Assembly: GCA_965243135.1 (NCBI GenBank)
Contig: OZ251539.1
Span: forward strand, 704,001 to 768,000
Origin: Alphaproteobacteria bacterium
GTDB taxonomy: Bacteria > Pseudomonadota > Alphaproteobacteria > MPNO01 > UBA830
DNA: 64,000 nt
Direction: 5' to 3'
Shown here piece by piece: positions 9,618 through 19,359 of this stretch. The position numbers and the translations under genes were made by a program. The stretch's first letter is position 1; every line of letters begins with the position of its first letter. The notes beneath the pieces were generated by a model. The model saw only the letters and a list, made by a program, of their open reading frames with translations. It was not told where the DNA came from and ran no database searches.

Positions 9618-10358
9618 GTGATCGATCAACTGATCGCCGTCGCCGCCGTTTTCCTGCTGGCAGGTCTGGTGAAAGGCGCGATCGGGCTCGGTCTGCCGAC
9701 CGTGTCGATGGGCCTGATGGGGGCCTGGATGCCGTTGGCGGACGCCGCGGCGATTCTCGTGCTTCCGGCAGTGCTTACGAACGTCTGGCAAACCCTCGAC
9801 GGGCCCTATCTCGCGCGCATCTGGCGCCGTTTGTGGCCTATGATGGCCGCGCTCGCGGCTTGCGCCGTGCTCGGCGCCGCCGTCATCACCGGCGCGCGCA
9901 GCGCGCTGACCGTGTCCCTTCTCGGCGGCGTGCTGATTCTGTTCGCGGTTCTGGGGCTGACCGGTTTTCGCTTCAACGTTCCGGCGCGCGCCGAGGCTGC
10001 GTTGGGTCCCGCAGTGGGAGCGGCCACCGGCCTGATCACCGGTTCCACCGCCATATTCGTCATCCCGTCCGTTCCCTACATACAGTCGCTCGATCTGGCC
10101 AAGACGGAATTCACGCAGGCGTTCGGGCTGACGGCGCTGACGGCGTCGATCGGCCTTGCGCTCGGCCTCGGCGTCCACGGCGGCCTGGCGCCGTCCCAGG
10201 CGGTCCTTCCCGGCGTCGCCGCGACGCTGACGGCGTTCGCCGGCATGGCCGTGGGCCGGGTCGTGCGCAACCGCTTGCCGGTCGAAACGTTTCGCCATTG
10301 CGTATTGGTCGCGTTGATGGCGCTCGGCGGCTCGATGATCGTTCGCGCGTTGATCTGA
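9618..10358 (+). CDS. TauE/SafE-family membrane exporter
   Basis: AGLVKGAIGLGLPTV repeat motif, about 8 hydrophobic segments, 246 aa. Confidence 0.85.
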   Translation: MIDQLIAVAAVFLLAGLVKGAIGLGLPTVSMGLMGAWMPLADAAAILVLPAVLTNVWQTLDGPYLARIWRRLWPMMAALAACAVLGAAVITGARSALTVSLLGGVLILFAVLGLTGFRFNVPARAEAALGPAVGAATGLITGSTAIFVIPSVPYIQSLDLAKTEFTQAFGLTALTASIGLALGLGVHGGLAPSQAVLPGVAATLTAFAGMAVGRVVRNRLPVETFRHCVLVALMALGGSMIVRALI

Positions 10359-10901
10359 AACAGGCGCGGATCGCCGAACGTTGCGGCCTCCGACTTGCGT
10401 CGGTCCGGAGAGGGCCGCGCGCTCGCCATCGTCGAGGCGACCGTCGCCGATATCGGTGCGCTCTTTTTTGGGGTCAAGCTTGCCCTGTGCTACCCGGTCC
10501 GTCGGACCGCCGCTGAGCCTTCGGCCCGCTGCAACGCGGCACCGGATATGTTGGCCGTTCGGGCAGACAGGGACTTCTGTCGGCGGCTCTCGACGTTGCG
10601 CTGGGGCTCCGGTTAGGCCAGTCCGCCTCAACCCCGGGTTTTCAGCGTGGTTTTCGGCGGCGGATGCCGGCTTGGCGCTCGAAGAAGCGGTCGAGTGCGC
10701 ACTTTCCGGGACCGGGTCGACGGTCTGCGGCGAGACTCTGGCTGCGGCTCCGTCGCTGCCGGGAAGGCCGTCGGGCGACGCGGGCGGTCGCGTCGGCCTT
10801 CCCGGCGACGTTTTCCGGCGTTCAGGGGCATTGCCACCGGGGACGACGGATCGTCGTCGCCGTCCTCGTAGCCGTCGACGACCAGGCCGCCGGGACACGG
10901 A

Positions 10902-12671
10902 TCATCTCTCCGCCGCCGATTTCTTTTCTCTTTCTGAGTACGGGCGATGCTCCACCAGCGCCGACCGGCCTTCGATGGCCACGATGCGCGCCCATAACTC
11001 GTTCCCGTCGGCGTCGGTCAGGCGCAGGTCTTCGCCGAGCGCGAAGTGGACAGGTTGGGGCCGCCCCTGATTTATCGCCACATTCGAGGCGTAGAGATAG
11101 GTCCGGTTCAGGGCGTCGAGAACGGGGTTCAGACGGCCTCGGAGACCGGGAAGGCAACCGGTCGACTCAGGGAAGATGACGCCCCCGCCTCCCGGCAGAT
11201 CGCGCAACTCGATCGCGAGCCCGCCCCGGTTCGGGATCCATTCTCGCTCTACGTGCGCCGCGCGTCCGGGGGCGGCGGCGAATACGGTCATCGGGAGGTC
11301 GGTCGTGTACAGATCGACGGCCGCCTCGCCGTTTTCGTCCGTCGTCGCTTGTTTCCAGGTCTTGTTCGGGAACAGCGCCAATAGACCGGCGCCGGACATC
11401 GGACTGCCGTCGGACCGCACGGAGACGACGGCGCGCGCGGGGCTCGGTTCCTGCGGCGCGGCGGGGATGGCGAGAAGAACTTCCGAGTCGTCGATCACGC
11501 GGTATTCAGGCGGCTTGCCGCAGAGCGCCCGCGTTTCGCGCAGAATGATCGGGACTCCGTCGCCGCGGCGCTCCATGAAATACCGCCGGTCCTCGGAACC
11601 ACGAACTCCGCCCACCGACATGCGCCCGAGCGCCGACGCCAACGTTTGATTGCGGGTGGCCTGCCGCACTTCCATGCCGCCTACCGTCAAGTTGTTCGGA
11701 AGCGCGCCCGGCGACTGGATCTCCAGACGATCCTCGAACATGGAGAGGCGAATCCGGCTGCCCCTGATCGAATAGTCGCGATGCGCCACGGCGTTGACCA
11801 CTGCCTCGAACAACGCCTTGTCGCTGTATTGCGGCATGTCCACCCGTGCCGGCTCCTTTCGCGCCGCGACCTGCATATTGCGGACCGCGAAGGCTACCGC
11901 GTCGGCGATCTGCCGGTTCAGCGGGCCGGCAATCTCCTGCGCGTCGATCTGACCGGAGGCGCGATCCTTTCCCCTGTAACGGGTCGCCGCGATGCTTGCG
12001 TTGGGCAGCCATGTCTCGGGATTCCGGGTGCACAACAAAACGCCGGCCACCGTGGCGCGCACGACGCCAGCTTCGTCGGGCGCCAGAAGCGCCAGCTTCG
12101 CGAGCGCCGTCTCGGGGTCCGCCGCGCCCTCGGCGCTCAACAACGGTTTCCATAGCGTTTCGTCCAGCGTTCCGAACCCAGTATCCGGCACGGTCCGCTC
12201 GTCGAACCAACGGTAGCGCGCCTGCCCACGCCGCTGCGCTAGACGCAGCCGCTCGTCGTCCGTCATTCGACGCTTCGATCCGCCCATCCGGACGTAGCTT
12301 CCTCCCGGACTGTCATGCTGCGAATCGCTTCTGGGAATTTCGAGAAGCAGGATTCGCTCGCCGCCGGGGAGGCCCACATGGCGGGTGCGTATGCGCACGG
12401 ACGGCTTGATGGAGTCGGCGCACGTCTCGACCAGGAAGGAGTCCAACGCGACAATCTGTTTGCGGGACATGCCTTGCGGCGTCCCATCGTCGTCGACGCC
12501 GCAGATCATGGTGCCGCCGTCCGTATTGGCGAACGCCGCGATCTCGTCCGCCCAATCGTTCCGTTTCGGGCCGGTCGGCCGGTCTCCGCGGAACTCGATT
12601 CGTTTGAACTCCCAATGGCTGTCTTCGCCCAATTGCAGTTGGCGCGCGATGTCCGTGACGCTGTGGCTCAC
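10902..12671 (-). CDS. AlbA_2/Schlafen-like domain plus HATPase_c_4 protein with an extra C-terminal beta-rich domain
   Basis: GEDSHWEFK, IAAFANTDGGTMICGVDDDG, ALFEAVVNAVAHRDYSIRGSRIRLSMFEDRLEIQSPG, MERRGDG. GTG start with GGAG RBS. Confidence 0.85.
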   Translation of the reverse strand: MSHSVTDIARQLQLGEDSHWEFKRIEFRGDRPTGPKRNDWADEIAAFANTDGGTMICGVDDDGTPQGMSRKQIVALDSFLVETCADSIKPSVRIRTRHVGLPGGERILLLEIPRSDSQHDSPGGSYVRMGGSKRRMTDDERLRLAQRRGQARYRWFDERTVPDTGFGTLDETLWKPLLSAEGAADPETALAKLALLAPDEAGVVRATVAGVLLCTRNPETWLPNASIAATRYRGKDRASGQIDAQEIAGPLNRQIADAVAFAVRNMQVAARKEPARVDMPQYSDKALFEAVVNAVAHRDYSIRGSRIRLSMFEDRLEIQSPGALPNNLTVGGMEVRQATRNQTLASALGRMSVGGVRGSEDRRYFMERRGDGVPIILRETRALCGKPPEYRVIDDSEVLLAIPAAPQEPSPARAVVSVRSDGSPMSGAGLLALFPNKTWKQATTDENGEAAVDLYTTDLPMTVFAAAPGRAAHVEREWIPNRGGLAIELRDLPGGGGVIFPESTGCLPGLRGRLNPVLDALNRTYLYASNVAINQGRPQPVHFALGEDLRLTDADGNELWARIVAIEGRSALVEHRPYSEREKKSAAER

Positions 12672-12689
12672 GAGTTGTCTCCGAACCAT

Positions 12690-13200
12690 GGCGCCCTGGC
12701 GTCGAGCCTCGCGCCCTCGGTGCCCGCGAACCGCGACAGGAAGCAATCGCAGTCGTGGTCTGGCGGATCCCGCCAACGGGCGTGCCGGTGGCCCATGCCG
12801 GTATCGGCGATCATGTCGACGAGCCGGCCGAGTCGCCGCCCGTCGATGGTCGGGCGGGCATAGTCCTTTGGTCGTGTATCCGCGAGTGCCCGATTATCGC
12901 GCTCGACCCCCGCATCGTCGGCCGATAGCAGGCTGTCGGGCCTTGAGACGAGTTCAGCGGGCCTCGGGCGGCGCACGGAAAATGCTGTCGGCGTGGCGTT
13001 CACCCTCGGCGCTCCGCGCCCGCTCCGCCTATGAGCGGATGGGCCTTTCCGTACACGCATTCGAAGCGGGTCGGCAGGGGATGACCTGCCCCAGCGCTCG
13101 GCCGTTCAAGGCGCGCAGGACATCTCCCGCAACCCGGCCTCGCGGGCAGTCGTGTCATCGCTGGGCTTCGTCCCCCAAGCGCTGCGCCGCTTCTCTGCCT
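12690..13200 (-). pseudogene. hsdM: Type I R-M methyltransferase (HsdM) N-terminal remnant
   Basis: Across frameshifts it reads ADSIFRAPPEAR*TRLKARQPAIG / GVERDNRALADTRPKDYARPTIDGRRLGRLVDMI..FLSRFAGTEG, matching the HsdM N-domain pattern (ENIFWVPPEARW..IERDNP.LK.VLPKDYARP.LD..RLG.LID.I..YFLS.FA.AEG). Confidence 0.75.
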
Positions 13201-13394
13201 TCCCGGCGCCATGGCCCTTGTCTTTCGATCAAAACCTGCGCCGCCGACGCGAGCCGGAGGCCCCATGAGGATCCATAACATATTACTCGGGCAGTTTGCG
13301 CTTCGATACGGTCTCCATCGCCCCGCAACGCTAGGGATTCAGCTCGCGACGCGGTTCGTAGCGGCTTCGAGGAGAACGTCGGCGAGGCGACGAT

Positions 13395-13964
13395 TCACGC
13401 GGCCGCCCTGTTCGCGAGATCGGGATTGAGCTGGCAGGCTTCGTCCCAGCCGACGATGTCGAAGGACTTGACGAGCTTGCCGACGCCGTCGGTCTGCGCG
13501 CAAAGCTGGCCGAGCTCGATGATCTCCTCTTCCGAGAAATGCCTTCGCAGTTCGTCGTAAACGGCATCGTCCGAATGCTCGTCTTTCTTGAACAGCATGG
13601 CGAAGCGCAGCGCGGCCCGTTCCCGTTCGTCGTACAGGTCGCTCGTCTCGAACAGCGGCAACGCCTTCACCTTCTCTTCGTCGAGCCCCTGTTCCTGCGC
13701 CACTTTCGAGCGGACGGTGGAGCAATAACCGCATTCGTGCTCCATGGAGATCAGAAGGCGGCACATTTCCTTCATGACGTGCGGCAACAGGCCCTCGTAA
13801 AGCAGGGAATTCCAGTACCTCACCCATCCCGTCCCCGCGGTGGGGTGGCGCGTCATGATGCCGACGACGCGGGGATCGGGCGCGCCGGTGCGCTCGGCCG
13901 ATGAGATCAACTCGGCAATCTCTTCGGTTTTCTCGTGGTCTGCGATGAAACGGATGCGTGGCAT
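13395..13964 (-). CDS. AhpD/carboxymuconolactone decarboxylase family protein
   Basis: KEMCRLLISMEHECGYC (CxxC), YDERERAALRFA, YDELRRHFSEEEIIELG. GGAGG RBS upstream of ATG at 13964. Confidence 0.85.
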   Translation of the reverse strand: MPRIRFIADHEKTEEIAELISSAERTGAPDPRVVGIMTRHPTAGTGWVRYWNSLLYEGLLPHVMKEMCRLLISMEHECGYCSTVRSKVAQEQGLDEEKVKALPLFETSDLYDERERAALRFAMLFKKDEHSDDAVYDELRRHFSEEEIIELGQLCAQTDGVGKLVKSFDIVGWDEACQLNPDLANRAAA

Positions 13965-13985
13965 GGAACCTCCTCCAGCTTGGTA

Positions 13986-15633
13986 CAGCAATTCCCGCTA
14001 AGGCTCGAAACCCTTGAAAAATATGGGGCCGGAAAAAAGTCTTTCGTGGACTTTTCGAGGTGATTCGGGGCTATTTGCCTTCGAGCGGAGCATTTTTCTC
14101 TGGAAAGTGGTCCGAAGGCGAGGCGGGATTGTACCAAAATGGCCAGAATGCCAGGCATGCGCAAGACGCTCAGCGCTCCGGGATTGCTGAAGGAAGTGCG
14201 AGCTTGTTTCGACCGTATTGAAGATCCGATCGCGAGCCGGGGGCTGAACCAGACGGACTGTCTGATGTCGGGTCTAGCGGTGTTCGGTATGAAGTATGCG
14301 TCGCTTCTGCAATTCGACGAAGCCGCGCACGCCGACGAAGCGGTTCGGCACAACCTCGCGACCTTATACGGCGTCAAGCGCGTGCCGTCGGACACTGCGA
14401 TGCGCGAACGGCTTGACGAAGTCTGTCCGCGGCAATTGCGGCGTTGTTTCACGAAGATGTTCCAGGTTTTGCAACGAGGCAAGGGGTTGGAACAATACAC
14501 TTGTCTGAACGGGCATTACGCTCTTTCGATCGATGGAACGGGATACTTCTCGTCGAACAAGGTGCACTGTAAAAATTGCTGCGAGAAACACCACCGCGAC
14601 GGTACGATTACCTACTACCACCAGATGTTGGGGGCCGTTCTGGTGCATCCGGAACAAAAGGAGGTTTTTCCGTTTGCACCGGAACCGATCCTGAAGGAAG
14701 ACGGCGCAAAAAAGAACGATTGCGAACGCAACGCAGCGAAACGGCTTCTGGAAGATGTGCGTCGTGAACACCCGCACCTGAAGCTAGTTGTGTTGGAAGA
14801 TGGGCTGGCCTCGAACGGACCACATGTCAATCTTCTCAAGGAGTTAGACATGCGTTTCATACTGGGGGCGAAGCCCGGCGACCACAAATTCCTGTTCGAG
14901 TGGGTCAACAACGCGCCGTCCGTGGAGCGCCGGGAGTTCACGGACGGTGACAACATACGGCACGAATTCCGGTATCTCAACGGAGTGCCTCTGAACGATA
15001 CGCACTTCGACCTCAAAGTGAACTTTCTCGAATACTGGGAGAAGCTCCCAAACGGTAAGAAACAACGTTTCTCCTGGGTCACGGATCTGCCAATTGACGA
15101 AGGGAACCTGATGGAGTTGATGCGCACCGGGCGGGCGCGCTGGAAGATCGAGAACGAAACTTTCAACACCCTGAAGAACCAAGGCTACTGCTTTGAGCAC
15201 AACTTCGGTCACGGTAACAAGAATCTGTCGACGGTCTTTGCGTTCCTGATGATGCTGGCGTTCCTGATTGACCAGATTCAACAGCGATGTTGCAAACTGT
15301 TCCAACAGGCACAAACGAAGGCCAAGCGGCCCATTTACTTCTGGGAAAAGGCGCGGGGATTGTTTCTCGAATACTTCTTGAAGGACTGGGAAACACTCTA
15401 CCGAATGATCGCGTTTGGATACCGGAAAGCAGAGGGAATTCCCTACGACACCTCCTGACCTGGCACCGTGACCGAATGTGCTAAAGCAAGTTTTTCAGGG
15501 GAAACAGGATGGTCAAGGCTAAGTCGGCACCAAGCCGAAGCGGGGAAGGTGCGTCGCGGCGGCTGATCCCTCGGTAACGACGCTATCTCGACGCGCCTTT
15601 CGCAAAGGGCGGCCACCTTAGCGGGAATTTCTG
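13986..15633 (+). mobile_element. Complete insertion sequence (1648 bp), probably ISNCY/IS4-like DDE type
   Basis: Left IR cagcaattcccgctaagg (13986-14003) and right IR ccttagcgggaatttctg (15616-15633), 17 of 18 matching. 9-bp target duplication agcttggta at 13977-13985 and 15634-15642. Confidence 0.92.
14139..15458 (+). CDS. DDE transposase
   Basis: SIDGTG, LEDGL, GRARWKIENETFNTLKNQGY..EHNFGHG. Lies inside the inverted repeats. Confidence 0.93.
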   Translation: MARMPGMRKTLSAPGLLKEVRACFDRIEDPIASRGLNQTDCLMSGLAVFGMKYASLLQFDEAAHADEAVRHNLATLYGVKRVPSDTAMRERLDEVCPRQLRRCFTKMFQVLQRGKGLEQYTCLNGHYALSIDGTGYFSSNKVHCKNCCEKHHRDGTITYYHQMLGAVLVHPEQKEVFPFAPEPILKEDGAKKNDCERNAAKRLLEDVRREHPHLKLVVLEDGLASNGPHVNLLKELDMRFILGAKPGDHKFLFEWVNNAPSVERREFTDGDNIRHEFRYLNGVPLNDTHFDLKVNFLEYWEKLPNGKKQRFSWVTDLPIDEGNLMELMRTGRARWKIENETFNTLKNQGYCFEHNFGHGNKNLSTVFAFLMMLAFLIDQIQQRCCKLFQQAQTKAKRPIYFWEKARGLFLEYFLKDWETLYRMIAFGYRKAEGIPYDTS

Positions 15634-15942
15634 AGCTTGGTATGTCGAGCAAACCGGCTGATCGCTCGTATTCTCCTTTTAGCATAGAAGTGCGAGCGGG
15701 TATACCTCCGGGAGCCAAATCGCAACGCTGGCGGAGTTCTTTTTGGACGCCATCCGCCGCCGGAATGCATCATCATGCGTCACATAAATCCCAAGAAGCA
15801 TCGGTCTATGTTTCTGGTTTTGCCTCCTCAGGGAACGATGCACCGAGTATATTGAGCAATAGGACGACCTCGGTTTTGTACTCTGCCATATTCGTGAAGA
15901 TCGAGATTTTATTCTACTATATCCTCTATTCAAGAAGTTGAG

Positions 15943-16410
15943 CTAAGATCGGAAACGCCGAATTATACAGAGAGAAAAGGCTCCGTCAAGGCCATTGTAG
16001 ACCAGCATGCAATTGGCCAGTATATCCTGCCCGATCAATGCAATTAACCCTTGTAATTTAAGATTCGCCCCATAGGCGGTATATGTCTCCACGTTCGTTG
16101 AAAGACCTGTGATGGCCAATCGGCCCGCAGGTGCCATCTCATTTTCGTGAGTGGCTGAACTCATCGGTCCGCTGCCAACGATGGCCAACCCTGCTTCCTT
16201 GACTGACACCTGATCTATGCAGGTTGTACTGGTGCCCAATCAAAGCCCAGCCTGAGACCGGAGTGGGCGGAGTTTGGGCGTTGTCGATCAGTGCTTGATG
16301 TTGAGCGTCCAAGCAGGGTTACTTGTAGTCGCGGGCCAAATTGTTGAAGACCCACGGACTGACGAATAGTTGACCCATCTTCTTCTGAAGTTGTGCGTTA
16401 ATACGAGTAT
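15943..16410 (-). pseudogene. Decayed retropepsin-like aspartyl protease
   Basis: PTPVSGWALI--GTSTTCID (the DTG motif is lost) and ALIGQDILANCMLVYNG. The upstream part has a stop or frameshift. Confidence 0.6.
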
Positions 16411-16673
16411 TAAGAATAGGAAACGGTCGAAATTCCTGTAGTTAGAGTGGGAATATTTAGAGGTTCCGGATCATCGGGTTTCAATACCGAGCGAACCAAA
16501 AATGGACCGGAACCGAACTGTTTCGCTCCTTCGACAACCCCTTGCTCATTGGTCTCGAAAGCTCCGTGCACCTGGTCTCCCTTAATCAACAGAAACTTGC
16601 CCGGATGAGCCGAGGCAAGTTCATTTAGATTGTTTCTCAGGTAGGTTTTCTCTGTCGCAAGAGGATCCATCAT
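16410..16673 (-). CDS. Small DUF5678-like protein
   Basis: YLRNNLNELASAHPGKFLLIKGDQVHGAFET..GAKQFGSGPFLVRSV. Lies directly upstream of the protease remnant; GC content is low. Confidence 0.6.
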   Translation of the reverse strand: MMDPLATEKTYLRNNLNELASAHPGKFLLIKGDQVHGAFETNEQGVVEGAKQFGSGPFLVRSVLKPDDPEPLNIPTLTTGISTVSYS

Positions 16674-16997
16674 CGGTCGTTCTCTCCCGATTTACACGCA
16701 TTCGCCACCGAACTTCGAAAGCTACTTTCGTGGAGCCAAGCTCCACGGTGTCGCCGCTTGCGAACGGCAACGGCCCAAAACCCCGCATCGGATGTCACAG
16801 GACGCCTCCAACCGACGGAGAGATTGGCGCTTCGCATCTCTCTGCGCTGTCGATCGCAAAAGCGATCATAGCGAACATACGAAGGGATATTCTATAGTCA
16901 AGATACTGTTGGCGGTCCGGTTTGACTTGCCTGTCTCCGCGGGACTATCCTCGCATCGTCTCTCGCAGAGCTCCGCGGGACGGAGGGGAGGAACAGA

Positions 16998-18299
16998 ATG
17001 CCGCAGGATCTTCCGAGCGTCGCCCGTCAGGCCGACGACGCCTTGGACCCGTGCTATCGCTGGGACAGGGCCATTCCGGCCCCCGGACATTCGGGGGTGG
17101 ATTTCGAGCAGCGCGTCGATTTCGGGCGTTTGCACCGCTACCGGCTCGCCCGCGCCCGCGAAGCGCTTGGCAACTCGGATCTCGGATCGCTGCTCTGTTT
17201 CGACAACAACAATATCCGCTACCTGACCTCGACGGTGATCGGCGAGTGGTCGCGCGACAAGATGTGCCGCTATGCGTTGCTGACCGGCGACGGCGATCCC
17301 CATCTCTGGGACTTCGGGTCGGCCGCCGCGCATCACAGGTTGCACGCTCCGTGGCTGCCCAACGAGCATTGTCACGCCGGCATGCTGGGGCTGCGCGGGA
17401 CGGTGCCGCCCGCGGCCGGGCTGATGAAGCGGGCCGCGGCGGAAATCGCGTCGATGCTCGGGGAAGCCGGTGTCGCGGGCATGCCGGTCGGAGTCGATAT
17501 TTGCGAGCCGCCGATGATGCTTGCGCTCCAGGAGGCCGGCCTCGAAATCCGCGACGGCCAGCAGGTGATGCTCGACGCGCGCGAGATCAAGAACATCGAC
17601 GAGATCGTGCTTCTCAATCAGGCTGCCGGCATGGTCGACGCCGTCTATCACATGATCGGCGAGGAGCTTAAGCCGGGGGTGCGCGAAAACGACATCGTCG
17701 CCAAGGCGAACGAGATGCTCTACGAGATGGGATCGGACGACGTAGAGGCGATCAACGCGATTTCCGGCGAGCGCTGCAGCCCGCATCCGCACAATTTCAC
17801 CGACCGCATGGTGCGTCCCGGCGACCAGGCGTTCTTCGACGTGCTGCACGCCTATTCCGGCTACCGGACCTGCTACTACCGGACCTTCAATGTCGGCCGC
17901 GCGACGCCGGTGCAGGAAGACGCCTACAAGCAGTGCCGGGAGTGGCTCGACGCAGCCATCGAGCTGGTGCGGCCCGGCGTGTCGACCGACGAGATCGCGG
18001 CGGTCTGGCCGAAGGCCGAGGAGTTCGGCTTCTCCGACGAAATGGAGGCGTTCGCGTTGCAGTTCGGCCACGGCCTCGGCGTCGCCATCCACGAACGCCC
18101 GATCATCTCGCGGCTGTGCTCCATGGACGACCCCAAGGAAATCAAGGAAGGCATGGTCTTCGCGCTGGAGACCTACTGTCCGGCGAGCGACGGGTTCTCG
18201 GCCGCTCGCATCGAAGAGGAAATGGTCGTCACTCCCGACGGTCCGCAGGTCATCAGCCTGTACCCGGCGGAAGACCTGCCGATTTCCAACAAATACTGA
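16998..18299 (+). CDS. M24 (Xaa-Pro peptidase/creatinase fold) family protein
   Basis: NIRYLT, AREIKNIDEI, GHGLG, GMVFALET, ARIEEE. GAGG RBS. Confidence 0.88.
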   Translation: MPQDLPSVARQADDALDPCYRWDRAIPAPGHSGVDFEQRVDFGRLHRYRLARAREALGNSDLGSLLCFDNNNIRYLTSTVIGEWSRDKMCRYALLTGDGDPHLWDFGSAAAHHRLHAPWLPNEHCHAGMLGLRGTVPPAAGLMKRAAAEIASMLGEAGVAGMPVGVDICEPPMMLALQEAGLEIRDGQQVMLDAREIKNIDEIVLLNQAAGMVDAVYHMIGEELKPGVRENDIVAKANEMLYEMGSDDVEAINAISGERCSPHPHNFTDRMVRPGDQAFFDVLHAYSGYRTCYYRTFNVGRATPVQEDAYKQCREWLDAAIELVRPGVSTDEIAAVWPKAEEFGFSDEMEAFALQFGHGLGVAIHERPIISRLCSMDDPKEIKEGMVFALETYCPASDGFSAARIEEEMVVTPDGPQVISLYPAEDLPISNKY

Positions 18300-18318
18300 G
18301 GTCGCCCAGGAGGAGAAC

Positions 18319-19359
18319 TTGACGACGGATCCGGAAACGGTCGCCGGAACGGGGACGGCCGGCGCGTCGCTCAACGACGATATCGGCGAAAGAACGCGGC
18401 TGGAACTGTGGCGTTCGCTGCTTGAAATCCGTCATCTCGAACAACGCGCCTACGATCTGTTTCTGCAGAACCTCGTCAAGGGCACGAGCCACCTCGCGCT
18501 GGGCCAGGAGGCGGTAGCCGCCGGTTTCGCGACCGCCATGCAGGAGAAAGACTGGAGCTTCTGCACCTACCGCGGACATCACCACACGCTGGCGCGCGGC
18601 GCTTCGATGACGGGCATGCTTGGCGAGCTCATGGGCCGGGAATGCGGATTGCTGCAGGGCAAGGGCGGCTCCATGCACCTCACCTCCGTGGAGCATGGCG
18701 CCATGGGTTCCTACGCCATCATCGGCGCGCATCTTCCCATCGCTCTCGGGGCGGCATGGACGGCGCAATACAAGGGCACCGGGCAGGTTTCCGTCTGTTT
18801 CTTCGGCGACGGCACCACCAATATCGGCGCCTTCCACGAAGCGCTCAACATGGCCGCCGTCTGGAAGTTGCCCGTCGTGTTCGTCTGCGAAAACAACCTG
18901 TACATGGAGTACACGCCGATCCGCGACGTCACGGCGGTGGAGAGTCCGGCCGGCGATCGCGCCGCCGCCTACGGCCTGCCCAAGATCGTGATCGACGGCA
19001 ACGACGCGGATACGGTCTACCGCACCGCGCGGGAAGCCTGCGCCGCGGCGCGGGCCGGCGAGGGACCCTCGCTGATCGAATGCCTGACCTATCGTCATTC
19101 CGGCCACAGCCGAGCCGACCCGGCCAAGTACCGGCCGCCGGGCGAGCTCGAGGCGTGGCTGGAGAAGGATCCGATCAAGCGGTACCGGGAACGCCTGATC
19201 GAGTTCGGAATTCCGACGGATACGGTCGAGAGCGTCGACAAGGCCGTTCTGACGGAAGTCGACCGGGCGACCGAGACCGCTCTCGCCTCGCCGCCGCCGT
19301 CGCTGGACCTGATCGAGAAGGACGTCTGGGCGGACGGGGGAGTCGGATGGCGGAACTGA
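18319..19359 (+). CDS. TPP-dependent dehydrogenase E1 alpha (AcoA/PdhA-like)
   Basis: TTG start after AGGAGGAG. HLALGQEA, YRGH, GKGGSMH, FFGDG, CENNLY, TYRHSGHS..DP. Confidence 0.93.
   Translation: MTTDPETVAGTGTAGASLNDDIGERTRLELWRSLLEIRHLEQRAYDLFLQNLVKGTSHLALGQEAVAAGFATAMQEKDWSFCTYRGHHHTLARGASMTGMLGELMGRECGLLQGKGGSMHLTSVEHGAMGSYAIIGAHLPIALGAAWTAQYKGTGQVSVCFFGDGTTNIGAFHEALNMAAVWKLPVVFVCENNLYMEYTPIRDVTAVESPAGDRAAAYGLPKIVIDGNDADTVYRTAREACAAARAGEGPSLIECLTYRHSGHSRADPAKYRPPGELEAWLEKDPIKRYRERLIEFGIPTDTVESVDKAVLTEVDRATETALASPPPSLDLIEKDVWADGGVGWRN

Noticed and set aside
15643-15933. Short ORFs to the right of the IS
   Set aside because: No motifs and multiple stops; more likely the displaced upstream region of the ahpD-like gene.
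16998-18299. DMSP lyase DddP
   Set aside because: Same fold, but the metal-ligand region differs, so the gene symbol cannot be supported.
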